Origin: Microcoleus sp.
GTDB taxonomy: Bacteria; Cyanobacteriota; Cyanobacteriia; Cyanobacteriales; Microcoleaceae
NCBI GenBank assembly: GCA_052279835.1
Contig: CP181291.1
Location: forward strand, 2,240,001-2,304,000
DNA: 64,000 nt
Direction of reading: 5' to 3'
Shown here: one piece after another, positions 50,643-62,027 of the stretch
How the letters are laid out: every line of letters begins with the position of its first letter
How positions within the stretch are numbered: position 1 is the first letter of the stretch
Program-made: the position numbers and the translations under genes
The notes under the pieces: model-generated
Database searches by the model: none
What the model saw: only the letters and a program-made list of their open reading frames with translations
Told to the model about the DNA's origin: nothing

Positions 50643-51698
50643 TCATCTCGCGTGCCTCCAAACTTTCCAGCTAGCATATCCCAACAAACTGGTGGCTCCC
50701 ATGGCATAGACTACGCCACTGGGAACCGAAAAAGCTAGAGCTAAACTTCCCACCCACAGTGTCAGCGAGTAAATAAATAAAACTGCAAATCGATGGGATA
50801 ATCCTGCATTGAGCAGTCGGTGGTGGAGGTGACGTTTGTCAGCAATAAACGGAGACTTGCCGTTGCGAAGTCGATCAAGAATCACCGCAGACATATCTAA
50901 AATCGGTACAGCTAAAATCAAATATGGCAGCAACACAGAAGTTATAGCCGTAGTTTTCACTAACCCAACTACTCCAACTCCCGCCAGAGTAAAGCCGATG
51001 AAATAGGCTCCTCCATCTCCCATGAAAATTTGAGCTGGATTGAAGTTGTAGCGCAGAAATCCCAATGTCCCCCCAGCTAAGGCTGCTGCAATTAACGCCG
51101 CCGCTGGTTGGTTCATCGACAGACTGACAATCAGCATCACAACTGCTGCAATCCCTGAAACTCCCGCCGCCAAACCGTCCAAACCGTCAATCCAATTGAT
51201 GGCGTTGGCCATACCGACTAGCCAAATCACCGTAATTGGCAAACTCAGCCAGCCAATATCTGTCAGTCCTAGGGAGGGAACTGTGAGAAACTCAATTTGT
51301 ACACCGGCCATCCAAGCGATGCTGGATACACCAATTTGCATGAGCAAGCGTCTTAGTGCCGAAAGCGAAAATAAATCGTCTGCTAAACCGATGAGGAAGA
51401 ATCCGATGCCGCCGAGGGTGACTCCCCAAATTTCGTATTCGTCTTTGCGATTGAGAATTTGTCCGGTAGCATCGATGAAGCCTCCTGAGAGCCAGACAAT
51501 TACCAGAGCAATGATAGTGCCGAGAAAGATAGATACTCCTCCCAAGCGTACCATCGGGCGTTGATGAACTTTACGATCGCCTGGTCGATCGACTCGTCCG
51601 CTTTTGAGACCAATGGTTTTGACTATTGGCGTACTCAATAGGACGACGATCGCGGAAACGATAAAGGCTAGTAGGTGGTAGAACAGATGGTGGAGCAT
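50643..51698 (-). CDS. MraY/WecA-family undecaprenyl-phosphate sugar-1-phosphate transferase
   Basis: RLGG, GLADD, NAINWIDGLDGLA, FMGDGGA, HLHH. Confidence 0.92.
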   Translation of the reverse strand: MLHHLFYHLLAFIVSAIVVLLSTPIVKTIGLKSGRVDRPGDRKVHQRPMVRLGGVSIFLGTIIALVIVWLSGGFIDATGQILNRKDEYEIWGVTLGGIGFFLIGLADDLFSLSALRRLLMQIGVSSIAWMAGVQIEFLTVPSLGLTDIGWLSLPITVIWLVGMANAINWIDGLDGLAAGVSGIAAVVMLIVSLSMNQPAAALIAAALAGGTLGFLRYNFNPAQIFMGDGGAYFIGFTLAGVGVVGLVKTTAITSVLLPYLILAVPILDMSAVILDRLRNGKSPFIADKRHLHHRLLNAGLSHRFAVLFIYSLTLWVGSLALAFSVPSGVVYAMGATSLLGYASWKVWRHAR

Positions 51699-51951
51699 CT
51701 GAAATCAGTATAGAGTGTCGGGTAATTTGGGTTTCAGGCAGAGTCTACTACATTTCAGATGGCTTTTAACCAGGCAAAATCTTGGAATAGCGACTGGGGG
51801 ATTAAGATACGGAGAGTTGGGAGTTACAAGTGGCAAGTTAAAGAGTTGTTAATTCTGCGCTTAAAACTCATAACTCTCAATCTTCTCCTGCTCTATTGCC
51901 CTTTTACCTGTACACTCCCAACTACCAATTTCGCCTTGTCAATCAGGAAAA

Positions 51952-53235
51952 TTAAGCCAATGCTGGGACTTTCAGGTACAAGTGAGGATACAAGGGGAAG
52001 CGCGAGCAGAGTGTGCCCACTCGCCGCAAACAATCGGCCGCCACGCTTTCGTCTTCAGGATTTAACAGTCGATCGGCAATAATATTACCAATCTCGATAA
52101 ATTCTGTAGTTCCCATACCCCTGGTTGTCATCGCTGCGGAACCAAGTCTCAAACCACTGGTAACAAAGGGCGATGCTGGATCGAAAGGCACGGTATTTTT
52201 ATTAGCTGTAATATTCACACCGCTAACTAATCGATCGGCTACTTTACCTGTCATGTCGATAGATTGCAAATCAACTAACATTAAGTGATTATCCGTACCC
52301 CCAGAAACCAGTTTCAAACCCCGCTGCTGTAACTGTGCAGCTAAAGCAGCGGCATTTGCAATTACTTGACCAGAATAAGTTTTAAATTCTGGCTTTAATG
52401 CTTCCCCAAAAGCTACTGCTTTACCAGCAATGACGTGTTCCAAAGGTCCGCCCTGACTACCAGGAAACACTGCTTTATCGAATTTTTTGCCTAGTTCTGG
52501 GTCATTTGTCAAAATCAAACCGCCTCTGGGCCCGCGCAGGGTTTTGTGAGTGGTAGTAGTGACTGCATGACAGTGAGGCAGAGGATTCGGGTGGTGCCCT
52601 GTGGCGACTAATCCGGCGATGTGAGCGATGTCGGCCAGCAGATAGGCACCAATTTCGTCAGCGATGGCTCTAAATTTCTCAAAGTTGATAATTCGCGAAT
52701 AAGCTGAGTAGCCACAAATTAGCAATTTCGGTCGATTTTCTTTGGCAATAGCCAAAATTTCGTCGTAGTCTAACTGTTCTGTTTCTTTGCTGACACCGTA
52801 GTGAAAAGCTTTGAACCATTTGCCGGATACGTTGACCGGTGAGCCGTGGGTCAAGTGTCCGCCGTGGGACAAATCCATGCCCATAATGCCGTCTCCTGGC
52901 TCTAGCAAGCTCAAAAACACTGCAAAGTTGGCTTGAGCGCCGGAGTGGGGCTGGACGTTGGCGTGAGCTGCTCCAAATAGCTGTTTGGCGCGATCGATCG
53001 CGATTTGCTCGATGCCGTCAATAAATTCACAGCCACCATAGTAGCGTTTCGTTGGCAATCCTTCGGCGTACTTATTTGTCAGCACAGAGCCTTGAGCTGC
53101 CATTACCGCTGCGGAAGTAAAGTTTTCGCTGGCGATGAGTTCTAGGTGATCTCGTTGGCGCTGGAGTTCTTGCCCGATTAAATCGGCAATTAGGGGATCG
53201 GTTTTGGAAAGAAATTCAAAGTTAGAGTCCGTCAC
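51952..53235 (-). CDS. glyA: Serine hydroxymethyltransferase
   Basis: [38 protein letters not shown] start inferred. Confidence 0.97.
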   Translation of the reverse strand: MTDSNFEFLSKTDPLIADLIGQELQRQRDHLELIASENFTSAAVMAAQGSVLTNKYAEGLPTKRYYGGCEFIDGIEQIAIDRAKQLFGAAHANVQPHSGAQANFAVFLSLLEPGDGIMGMDLSHGGHLTHGSPVNVSGKWFKAFHYGVSKETEQLDYDEILAIAKENRPKLLICGYSAYSRIINFEKFRAIADEIGAYLLADIAHIAGLVATGHHPNPLPHCHAVTTTTHKTLRGPRGGLILTNDPELGKKFDKAVFPGSQGGPLEHVIAGKAVAFGEALKPEFKTYSGQVIANAAALAAQLQQRGLKLVSGGTDNHLMLVDLQSIDMTGKVADRLVSGVNITANKNTVPFDPASPFVTSGLRLGSAAMTTRGMGTTEFIEIGNIIADRLLNPEDESVAADCLRRVGTLCSRFPLYPHLYLKVPALA

Positions 53236-53403
53236 AATAATCAACCTCTTAAGAAATTTGGGATTGGGAATTGGGGATCTTGTACCATACTACGGATTCC
53301 GCCCCATTGACATAAATATTACATTGTGTTCAGGTTAAGCTCTTTGTTCCAAAGTCCTGACATACAATGTAATCACTGGTGTGGAACCTGCCGGAGGTAT
53401 CAA

Positions 53404-53601
53404 ATGTTAGTCATTTTAATGGAAAATCAGATGCTTGCCCCTCAGCGTGTTTGCCAAGGTTGTTTGCTGGCCTCTAGCACTGGCCAACCCCGCTGGAATG
53501 ATGGCGAACTCCGCTGCGGCCATCCGGTTCGCAAACCTACGGAAAATTTGCCCGATCGCTACGAGTGTCAAATGGGCTTCACGATCGCTCACATTAAATA
53601 A
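53404..53601 (+). CDS. Small Cys-containing hypothetical protein
   Basis: 65 aa from MLVILMENQ, preceded by GGAGG; CQGC...CGH...YEC. Confidence 0.7.
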   Translation: MLVILMENQMLAPQRVCQGCLLASSTGQPRWNDGELRCGHPVRKPTENLPDRYECQMGFTIAHIK

Positions 53602-53606
53602 TTATC

Positions 53607-53662
53607 GGGCATAGGGCATAGGGAATTGGGAATTGGGAATTGGGAATTGGTCATCGGGCATA
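53607..53662. repeat. STRR heptamer repeats (GGGCATA/GGGAATT)
   Basis: Directly visible. Confidence 0.8.
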
Positions 53663-53816
53663 GTGACTATTTAACCCGACTTGATATAAGTATCCCTGAA
53701 TCTACAGGGATCTGAGTGTGGGCAAATTCCGGGCGAGTCGGAACTGAGCCTGCTGCTGCGTTATGCTGAATTTAATGGGAATTGATAGTTAGTCGATCGA
53801 CTCAGGAGAGTTCACT

Positions 53817-54287
53817 ATGACTTGGCGCGGGTCTACAACTGTTTCAGACCGGATTTTTGCTTCTTTGCCTTATTTGCTGCCGCTAGTTGACGGGCTGATG
53901 TTTGGCAGGTTTCTGTTTCAACAGTTTCCTGTTCTCCAAGTGTTGTTCATACCGCTAGCTCCCTTGATGCAAATTTATAGTTTGCCCTTCGCTAGCTTGG
54001 TGATTTTCTTTGCCCTATATTTAGGGGTGGTGAGAAACGAAAACATTAGTCACTTTATTCGCTTTAACGCGATGCAGGCGATTCTTTTAGACATTGTTTT
54101 GATGTTGTGCGGTCTGGTTTTGCCGATTTTAGCTAAGGTTCAAATCGCATTTATTGCCGAAACTCTGTATAACATGGTGTTTTTAGGAGTTTTGGCTGCA
54201 TTTGTCTATGCAGTAGTTCAGTCGGCATTGGGACGCTATGCAGAGATTCCTCCGCTTTCGGATGCAGTTTATATGCAGGTTCGTTAG
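53817..54287 (+). CDS. Tic20 family membrane protein
   Basis: DRIFASLPYLLPL, VVRNENISHFIRFNAMQAILLDI, SDAVYMQV. Confidence 0.92.
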   Translation: MTWRGSTTVSDRIFASLPYLLPLVDGLMFGRFLFQQFPVLQVLFIPLAPLMQIYSLPFASLVIFFALYLGVVRNENISHFIRFNAMQAILLDIVLMLCGLVLPILAKVQIAFIAETLYNMVFLGVLAAFVYAVVQSALGRYAEIPPLSDAVYMQVR

Positions 54288-54454
54288 TCATTAGTCATTA
54301 GTTAGCAGTCATTAGTTAGTTGTCTTTGAAGCCAATGTAGGTTGGTTAGGTTGTTGGCAATAACTAATGACTCACAATTGACGACTGACTAATAATTAAA
54401 ATCAATAATTGAACGCTGACTAACAACTAACAACTAACAACTAATGACTGATGA

Positions 54455-55228
54455 CTAATGACTAATAACTGTATTTTCCAGACTGCCAATACCTTCTATT
54501 TCAATGCGAACTCGATCGCCTATTTGCAGCGGCCCTACTCCTTCCGGCGTTCCAGTCAGAATTACATCACCAGGAAGGAGAGTCATGATTTGACTGATGT
54601 AGGAGACGATAAAGTCTGGGGAAAATACCATGCGATCGATGCGATCGGATTGTACCGGGCGATCGCTATCATTGATAAAAGTCTGCAATTGTGCAGCAGG
54701 ACTCAATTCGCGGACAATCCAAGGCCCAAGCGGGCAAAATGTATCAAAACCTTTCGCCCTCGCCCACTGATTGTCCCGCTTTTGCAAATCTCTAGCTGTG
54801 ATATCATTTGCGATCGTATAACCCCAAATTTTTCCCTGTGCTTGTTCTGGAGTGCACTGAGTACAATGTTCGCCAATTATCAGGGCTAATTCTCCCTCGT
54901 AGTCTACTCGCTGGGACTGTGCTGGATAGCGAATCGACCCACCTGTGGGAATTACAGCCGTGGGAGGCTTGAAAAACAATAGCGGTTCTTCCGGTACGGA
55001 ACCTCCCATTTCGGCCGCGTGTGCTGTATAATTTTTGCCGACAGCGATAATTTTGCTGGGAGAGCACGGGGCGAGAATTTGGTAACTATCTGGTGGGAGT
55101 TCCAAATCAGTGGGTTCTCCTTTCAACCAGGGAGGTGCATCCAGTACCTTAACGCTGCGGCTTAGTTGGAGTAAACCGTAATGGATTTGTCCTTGTGCTG
55201 TTTTAACTCGAACGTACCGTGAAGCCAT
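54455..55228 (-). CDS. Fumarylacetoacetate hydrolase family protein
   Basis: VGKNY..HA, FFKP, DYEGEL, NDITARD, KGFDTFCPLGP, ILTGTP. Confidence 0.93.
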   Translation of the reverse strand: MASRYVRVKTAQGQIHYGLLQLSRSVKVLDAPPWLKGEPTDLELPPDSYQILAPCSPSKIIAVGKNYTAHAAEMGGSVPEEPLLFFKPPTAVIPTGGSIRYPAQSQRVDYEGELALIIGEHCTQCTPEQAQGKIWGYTIANDITARDLQKRDNQWARAKGFDTFCPLGPWIVRELSPAAQLQTFINDSDRPVQSDRIDRMVFSPDFIVSYISQIMTLLPGDVILTGTPEGVGPLQIGDRVRIEIEGIGSLENTVISH

Positions 55229-55679
55229 AGGATTTTAGATTTTAGATTTTGGATTATAGATTAAAAGGATAGCGGAATAGGACTTGCAGTACGATATTCT
55301 CTCAACAATCGTCAGGGTTACTACGGGAAATCATGGTAGTAGAGCGCCCGTGTGTCAGCCCTATTTCCCCAAGAGGCGACCTGTGCCTTCATGTCATGGT
55401 TTCATGATAATTATGTTATAGCAGGGATTCAGTGTAAATACTGAGTTGAGCGTTCGCGCTTGCTAGCCCTGCGTTATTTTTACGAGAGAAAAATCAAGTT
55501 TGTGTGAAGTAATAGTAAAGAACCTGTTATTTTGGCGGTAAATTAGTATTTATATTTAGATATTTATACAAGCTTTTACTACTGCGTAATTAGTCCGATC
55601 GCACCAATGAGAGAAATTAATTGCGATCGGGGGTTTACGTGATTTCCCTAAAGGTAGTTTTGGTCTAATATTGCTAGTA

Positions 55680-55837
55680 ATACCAATTTTTTATGAGGCT
55701 GCATAGAATCTGATCCCCCCTTAGCTTGCCCCCTACTCCCCCTTAATAAGGGGGGGACAAGATTCTTCTCAAAGTCCCCCTTCTTAAGGGGGATTTAGGG
55801 GGATCGAGATCTGTGCAACGACCCATTAAATTGGTAT
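55680..55837. repeat. MITE-like element with CCCCTT-AAGGGG hairpins
   Basis: Terminal inverted repeat ATACCAATTT...AAATTGGTAT enclosing two CCCCCTT-N3-AAGGGGG hairpins. Confidence 0.7.
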
Positions 55838-55872
55838 AAATACGCATTAGTATCAGTTCGGAATAAAAACAG

Positions 55873-56210
55873 AGATAGATCGAAGTTACGAAATTTCAAT
55901 TTTGGAGGGTGCATGGAGATTGATATGAAAGGTTTTAGGGAAGGGCGCACTGGGGAATTTTCCAGGGGCGTAATTTGATGTGACGGGCTTTGTGTAAAGT
56001 TTTGTAACAAAAAGCTGAGTTTTTGCATAAAAGTCACGGGCTGAGACTGATAGATAGACAGAGGTTACACAGTTTCAATTTTGGAGGGTGCATGAAGATT
56101 GATATGAAAGGTTTTAGGGAAGCGCGCACTGGGGATTTTTCCAGGGGCGTAATTTGATGTGACGGGCTTTATGCAAAGTTTTGTAACAAATTCGGCAAAA
56201 CTGCATAAAA
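55873..56210. repeat. Two-copy tandem duplication, 179-bp period
   Basis: Cores 55894-56010 and 56073-56189 differ at ~5 positions. Confidence 0.92.
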
Positions 56211-56236
56211 ATTAGGGGTTAACCCCAATAGGTATA

Positions 56237-56310
56237 GTAGGGGCCAAGCATTCGGGCGGATAACTTACCGCGAAAAACCGATGTTTTGTACCCGAATGCT
56301 TCGCCCTCCC
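56237..56310. repeat. GTAG-type REP doublet
   Basis: GTAGGGGCCAAGCATTCGGG...CCCGAATGCTTCGCCCT, related to the core of the 121-bp elements. Confidence 0.7.
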
Positions 56311-56423
56311 AGGAGAAATAAAACACTCTCTAGCACTATCACAATTAGAATCAAAATTGTGAACAATCTCCTAGTTTCTCTTACTATTCCAATTCAAACT
56401 ACATAATTATCAAGGAAAGTAAT

Positions 56424-59400
56424 ATGGCAATTCTAAATCTATATCCACCTGTTGATCATAGCACCAATAAAGTCATCAAAACAGGAAATTTATCAATAGA
56501 CTCTTTATTAAAAGATCCTCCAAAATTAAACGATCCTCCAAAAAATAAAAAATGGTCAGCTAGTAATATCACTTACAGTTTTGTCAATTCTGAATCCGCA
56601 AACCTGTATGTTGAAGAAAATAATTTAGGAGATCCAGGAAAAATAACTCCTTTGTCAACCGATACTCAAAAATCTATTACTACGATTCTTACGGATATTC
56701 GTTCGTATATTTCGCTCAACTTTGAGTGGAAGCCAGAAATCGTTCGTAAATACGATGATTGGGGGAACCCTATACAACCACAAACTATTGACTATGGAAC
56801 TCTGCGCTTTATGTCAAGAAGCCCTATACCAGGCTCGGAAATAGGGAGAGGAATATTTCCAGGAGAGGTCCAAGAAAGCGATCCTTACGGAAGGTTTCAC
56901 CAGAATGGTGATTTATATTTAGATACCGCGCCCACATTTTCCAAATGGTGGTATGACAGCAGTTATGGCAGCTTTAACTATCAAGTAATACTCCATGAAA
57001 TAGGTCATATTTTAGGATTAAAACATCCATTTGATGGGGATAATAAATTACCTGGTGCATTGGAAAACAACAGCAATACAGTAATGACATATAACTTTGA
57101 TTCTCCCTATAACGGGAAATATTCTGTGTCGCTGATGCCCTATGATATTCGGGCATTACAATATATGTATGGAGCACGAGCTACAAATCCAGGCAACGAT
57201 GTTTATTCATATAATAGTATACCCAAGGTAAAAAAGGCTTTATGGGATAGTAATGGAATAGATACATTAGATTTTTCTTCCCTTACATCTAATGGCAATC
57301 CACTGGTGAAAAATGTTGCATGGGTGTATAATTTTATCAATAGTAAAGATGTTATTACTGTAGACTATATTTTCAATATGAATCCTGGGGGTTTTCTGAC
57401 TGAAGCATCTGCCTATCATGGATCTGAAGATGGAGCGACATATAAGGCCTTGAGTACGGACAATAAACAATATCAAACTCATGCTTATGGTATTGCACTT
57501 GCTTATAACCCTGGTATTCCCACATTTGATGCTACTATCGAAAACCTAAGTGGCTCAAAAGGCAATGACCTTATTACTGGAAATCAAGCAGCAAATCTCA
57601 TACGTGGCAACCAAGGTCGTGATGCCATAACTGGAGGAGAAAATAACGACATTATTTATGGTGGTCAAGATGATGACAAATTGTATGGTGGCGGAGTTTT
57701 CAAGGACTTCCAACAGGGAGATAAAATTATTCAAAATTCTCCTACAACTTCTAGCACAAATTCTCTATCAAGTGCTTTCCTTAGCTCGGTTGAGGATAAC
57801 AGCCTAGATAACAACATCCCTGTTGATACTACACTCAATGACAACACTGATGATTCATTGACTATCGAATTTGATTCAAGTTTACCCGATGGTAATGATA
57901 GCCTTCATGGTGATAGTGGTAACGATCAACTAGATGGCGGTAATGGCAATGACTATCTATATGGCGATGCAGATAATGACACTCTGTTAGGTGGCATTGG
58001 TTCAGATAATCTCAATGGTGGCAATGACCAAGATCAACTTTTTGGTCAAGAGGATGCCGATATTTTGAATGGGGATGCAGGTAATGACTTCCTGTATGGT
58101 GGCAAAGACAATGACTTTCTCTCTGGTGGAGATGATGCTGACGAACTCTACGGCGAACTAGGGAATGATGTAATCAACGGAGATGCAGGAAATGACAACC
58201 TCTACGGCGCTGAAGGAACAGACCTCCTCAACGGTGGTAATGATAATGACTTCCTGAGTGGTGGCCTCGACAACGACACCCTCAATGGAGATAGTGGTAA
58301 CGACATTGCCTATGGCGAACAGGGAAACGACCTCCTCAACGGCGGCGATAACAGCGACTCCCTTAATGGCGGTGAAGGTTTTGACCTATTAAACGGAGAT
58401 TCGGGTAATGACTTCCTCTACGGAGGAAAAGATAACGACATCCTCAATGGCGGTCAAGATGCCGATGAACTATATGGTCAACAAGGAGACGACCAACTAG
58501 CAGGCAATAGCGGAAATGATACCCTCTCTGGAGGCGATGGCCAAGACTTACTCAACGGCAACGAAGACAACGACCTCCTGCAAGGCGACAGCGGTAACGA
58601 CCTCCTACACGGCGACACAGGCAACGACTCCCTAAATGGTGGCGACGGCACGGACGACCTCTACGGCGACGACGGCGAAGACCAACTCAACGGCAATGCA
58701 GGCTATGACAACCTCTACGGCGGCGAAGGTGCAGACCAACTCAACGGCAACGAAGACGACGACCTCCTAGAAGGCGGAAACGGTAATGACCTACTCAACG
58801 GTGACGCAGGTAACGATCGCCTTTTTGGTCAAATTGGCCAAGACTTACTCAACGGCGGCGACGGCACAGACCAACTCTTCGGCAACGAAGACAACGACAT
58901 CTTGAATGGCAACAACGGCGACGATTTCCTCAACGGTAACACCGGCGACGACATCCTCAACGGTAACGACGGCGCAGACCAACTCTTAGGCGAACAAGGC
59001 CAAGACCTCCTACACGGCGACGCAGGCAACGACTTTCTCAGCGGCGGTGACGACAAAGATCAACTCTACGGCGATGGCGACAACGACATCATGGCCGGCG
59101 ATAACGGTAGCGATACCCTCTACGGCGGTACTGGCAACGACCAAATGAGCGGTGGCGAAGACACAGACACCCTCTACGGCGAAGATGGCAACGACAAACT
59201 AGCAGGAGACAACGCCGAAGACCTGATCTACGGCGGCAACGGCACCGACACCCTCAGCGGCGGCAACAGCGCCGACCTCCTCTATGGCGACAACGACAAC
59301 GACTTCATGGCCGGCGATGCCGACGACGACACCCTCTACGGCGGTAGCGGTGACGACGAAATGAGCGGTGGCGATGCGATCGACCTCATTTACGGCGAAA

Positions 59401-61073
59401 CAGGCAAAGACTCCCTACACGGCGATGCAGGCGACGACAGCTTATTTGGCGGGGAAGATAACGATCGCCTTTACGGAGACAGCGGCAATGATTTTCTCGT
59501 CGGCGGCCCCGGTGCAGACTTCCAAGACGGCGGGACAGGAGACGACACCGTTTCCTACTTTGACTCAAAAGCACCCGTGTACGTCCACCTGCAACCAGGC
59601 CGAGGTGTAGGAGGCGATGCCGAAGGCGATAGAATCGAAAACTTAGAAAACCTCGAAGGTTCCGACTACAACGACACCCTCATCGGCGACAACGGCCCCA
59701 ACGTCATCAGCGGTTTAGGTGGCAACGACATCCTTGACGGCAAAGTGGGCAATGACTCCCTAATTGGCGGTGGCGGCGACGACTACATGGACGGCCGCGA
59801 AGGCAACGACTGGATGAAAGGCGGCGACGGCAAAGACACCCTTTTAGGACGTTCCGGCGACGACAACATGGACGGCGGCGGAGACGACGACATCCTCGAA
59901 GGCAGTGCCGGCAACGACACCCTAGACGGCGGTTTCGGTTTCGACCTCATCTACGGCGGTGCCGGCAATGACACCCTTTTAGGTAGCGAAGATGGTGACA
60001 CCCTCTACGGAGACAGCGGCGATGATTCCATCCTTGGCGGCAACGGCAACGACGTAATCTACGGCGAAATTGGCAACGATAACCTCTATGGTGGCGACGG
60101 TCAAGATATCTTTATGCTTTCTCCTGGTGAGGGAGTAGATATCGTCTGGGATTATGCGATGGGTGACGATACCCTTGGCGTATTAAAAGGACTGAGAAAT
60201 GATGAATTAGAGTTTACCAACGGCACCGGCGAAAATGCCAAAGATACCTTAGTCTGGCGCGGCAAAGGTAAAAATAACGAACTTCTGGCCATCCTCAAAA
60301 ACGTGCAATTCGGCACGCCAACAACGCCTGCACCTGCGATAACGCCTGCACCTGCGATAACACCTACACCTGGGAAAAAACCAACGCCATCGGTAACACC
60401 CACACCATCGGTAACACCGACACCATCGGTAACGCCCACACCATCGGTAACACCAACACCATCGGTAACACCCACACCATCGGTAACACCCACACCATCG
60501 GTAACACCCACACCTGCACCTTCCCCCGTCCCTGGTATCCTCCTAATAGGTAACTCAGGCTCCAGTTCCCTGATGGGCAATGCAGGCGATGACACCCTCA
60601 TTGGCCTATCAGGTAATGACACCCTTCTCGGTGGTGCCGGCAACGACACCCTCAACGGCGATAACGGCAATGATTACCTCGACGGTGAAGCCGGCAACGA
60701 CACCCTCACAGGTCAAAATGGTACTGATTCCCTATTCGGTGGCTTTGGTGACGACTGGCTCGATGGTGGGGCTAACAAGGACACCCTCACGGGCGGAATG
60801 GGTGACGACACCCTCACGGGCGGAAACGGCCAGGACTTATTTGTTTTTGCTTCTGGAAACGGAGTTGATACTTTACTTGACTTCACTGCCACAGGTGGCA
60901 ATAAGGATATTCTGGGCTTGACGGGGGGTTTGACATTCGCTCAGCTAACCATTGCCCCAGACTCCAATCTTGCTAATACCATCATCAAGGTAACTGCTAC
61001 CAATGAAGTCTTAGCGGTTTTAACTGGTGTCCCAGCAGCTTCCCTCAACAGTTCCCATTTCCTGGCTATCTAG
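56424..61073 (+). CDS. Serralysin-like (M10) zinc metalloprotease with a long RTX Ca-binding region and Pro/Thr linker
   Basis: [12 protein letters not shown], Met-turn NTVMTY, dozens of GGxGxDxLx nonapeptides, (PSVTPT)7; no N-terminal signal peptide. Confidence 0.92.
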   Translation: MAILNLYPPVDHSTNKVIKTGNLSIDSLLKDPPKLNDPPKNKKWSASNITYSFVNSESANLYVEENNLGDPGKITPLSTDTQKSITTILTDIRSYISLNFEWKPEIVRKYDDWGNPIQPQTIDYGTLRFMSRSPIPGSEIGRGIFPGEVQESDPYGRFHQNGDLYLDTAPTFSKWWYDSSYGSFNYQVILHEIGHILGLKHPFDGDNKLPGALENNSNTVMTYNFDSPYNGKYSVSLMPYDIRALQYMYGARATNPGNDVYSYNSIPKVKKALWDSNGIDTLDFSSLTSNGNPLVKNVAWVYNFINSKDVITVDYIFNMNPGGFLTEASAYHGSEDGATYKALSTDNKQYQTHAYGIALAYNPGIPTFDATIENLSGSKGNDLITGNQAANLIRGNQGRDAITGGENNDIIYGGQDDDKLYGGGVFKDFQQGDKIIQNSPTTSSTNSLSSAFLSSVEDNSLDNNIPVDTTLNDNTDDSLTIEFDSSLPDGNDSLHGDSGNDQLDGGNGNDYLYGDADNDTLLGGIGSDNLNGGNDQDQLFGQEDADILNGDAGNDFLYGGKDNDFLSGGDDADELYGELGNDVINGDAGNDNLYGAEGTDLLNGGNDNDFLSGGLDNDTLNGDSGNDIAYGEQGNDLLNGGDNSDSLNGGEGFDLLNGDSGNDFLYGGKDNDILNGGQDADELYGQQGDDQLAGNSGNDTLSGGDGQDLLNGNEDNDLLQGDSGNDLLHGDTGNDSLNGGDGTDDLYGDDGEDQLNGNAGYDNLYGGEGADQLNGNEDDDLLEGGNGNDLLNGDAGNDRLFGQIGQDLLNGGDGTDQLFGNEDNDILNGNNGDDFLNGNTGDDILNGNDGADQLLGEQGQDLLHGDAGNDFLSGGDDKDQLYGDGDNDIMAGDNGSDTLYGGTGNDQMSGGEDTDTLYGEDGNDKLAGDNAEDLIYGGNGTDTLSGGNSADLLYGDNDNDFMAGDADDDTLYGGSGDDEMSGGDAIDLIYGETGKDSLHGDAGDDSLFGGEDNDRLYGDSGNDFLVGGPGADFQDGGTGDDTVSYFDSKAPVYVHLQPGRGVGGDAEGDRIENLENLEGSDYNDTLIGDNGPNVISGLGGNDILDGKVGNDSLIGGGGDDYMDGREGNDWMKGGDGKDTLLGRSGDDNMDGGGDDDILEGSAGNDTLDGGFGFDLIYGGAGNDTLLGSEDGDTLYGDSGDDSILGGNGNDVIYGEIGNDNLYGGDGQDIFMLSPGEGVDIVWDYAMGDDTLGVLKGLRNDELEFTNGTGENAKDTLVWRGKGKNNELLAILKNVQFGTPTTPAPAITPAPAITPTPGKKPTPSVTPTPSVTPTPSVTPTPSVTPTPSVTPTPSVTPTPSVTPTPAPSPVPGILLIGNSGSSSLMGNAGDDTLIGLSGNDTLLGGAGNDTLNGDNGNDYLDGEAGNDTLTGQNGTDSLFGGFGDDWLDGGANKDTLTGGMGDDTLTGGNGQDLFVFASGNGVDTLLDFTATGGNKDILGLTGGLTFAQLTIAPDSNLANTIIKVTATNEVLAVLTGVPAASLNSSHFLAI
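60387..60512 (+). repeat. 18-bp coding tandem repeat x7 (CCATCGGTAACRCCNACA)
   Basis: Directly visible; encodes PSVTPT. Confidence 0.95.
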
Positions 61074-61104
61074 ACCACCGGGGCCGCGAGGCGAAATTAT
61101 CAAT

Positions 61105-61146
61105 GCGAATCGAGGTTTGAGTGCCTGTTCAAACCTCGGTTTGCGA
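61105..61146. terminator. Stem-loop between convergent RTX protease and cyclo-ligase genes
   Basis: CGAGGTTTGA-N8-TCAAACCTCG with extended pairing. Confidence 0.6.
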
Positions 61147-61252
61147 TTTGGTTGAACTCTGTCAAACGGTTCGATTCAACTCTGGATAATAACGAGACAA
61201 ATCAATAACTGTTATAGACTTAATTGCGGAAAATTAATTTGTTTATTCCCGT

Positions 61253-61834
61253 TTAAGATTTTTGCTGTATCATTTTTAACCCATTTTCCGTACAAACTCC
61301 GTGCAGCGCTTTGTCCCAGGAGTCAACAGGAAGTTGCGCCCTCAAGGCAAATTCAAAGATAATGCCGATCGCAATTTTTGATTCCCACTCAGCTTTACTG
61401 AACATCCTGTCATAATAGCCACCACCGTAGCCCAAACGATAGCCGCGCCAATCGCAACCGACTGCTGGTACAAGGATTAAATCTACTTCTGATTGGTCTA
61501 TTTTAGGAGCATCAGGCAGTGGTTCGAGAATGCCATAAGCTCCTGTATGTAAAAGGTCTCCGGGCTGCCAGACGTGCCAGGATAGCTCTTTGCCGACACA
61601 GCGGGGAAATCCCCATTTTTTAGGAATGGTAAATAGGGGGCTTAAGTCTGGTTCTTGGCGAAAACTGAAGTAGGCGAGGATGGTTTTGGCTTGGGTGAAT
61701 AGGGATGAGGTTTGTAGGTGGTTGCAAAGGCGATCGCTCTTTTGTCTCCATTCTTGTGCTGATAGGGATTTGCGGGTTTGAAGGAGAGATTTTCTTAATT
61801 CTGTTTTAGTTAATGAAGGTTCAGAAGTATTCAT
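61253..61834 (-). CDS. 5-formyltetrahydrofolate cyclo-ligase
   Basis: KTELRK, YGILEP, DLILVP, GYRLGYGGGYYDR, WDKAL. Confidence 0.93.
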   Translation of the reverse strand: MNTSEPSLTKTELRKSLLQTRKSLSAQEWRQKSDRLCNHLQTSSLFTQAKTILAYFSFRQEPDLSPLFTIPKKWGFPRCVGKELSWHVWQPGDLLHTGAYGILEPLPDAPKIDQSEVDLILVPAVGCDWRGYRLGYGGGYYDRMFSKAEWESKIAIGIIFEFALRAQLPVDSWDKALHGVCTENGLKMIQQKS

Positions 61835-61863
61835 ATTTGCGATCGAATCTATCGTTTTAGTTC

Positions 61864-62008
61864 CAGTCCGACAGGGGTTGAAAACCCCTGTCTCATAGCG
61901 AAAGTCCTCTCAAAGAGGACTGCAATTAATTGCATTTTCGATCGCATTCTCTAGTCGGTTTTAACCGACTTTCGCTATGAGGCAGGGGTTTAAACCCCTG
62001 CCGGACTG
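61864..62008. repeat. 145-bp REPIN/MITE-like element with long terminal inverted repeats
   Basis: CAGTCCGACAGGGGTTGAAAACCCCTGTCTCATAGCGAAAGTC...GACTTTCGCTATGAGGCAGGGGTTTAAACCCCTGCCGGACTG. Confidence 0.85.
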
Positions 62009-62027
62009 CCGGACTGCACCGAAAGCG

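Noticed and set aside
53715..53752. GGGCAAATTCCGGGCGAGTCGGAA as a c-di-GMP-I riboswitch
   Set aside because: Lacks the downstream GACGCAAA segment and a proper GNRA-receptor second stem
55893..56112. GTTTCAAT...GAAAG segments of the 179-bp duplication as CRISPR repeats
   Set aside because: Only two copies, the would-be spacers are ~140 bp and nearly identical, and there are no cas genes
60152..60670. 172-aa antisense ORF with GVGVTD repeats
   Set aside because: Shadow of the PSVTPT repeat in the RTX gene
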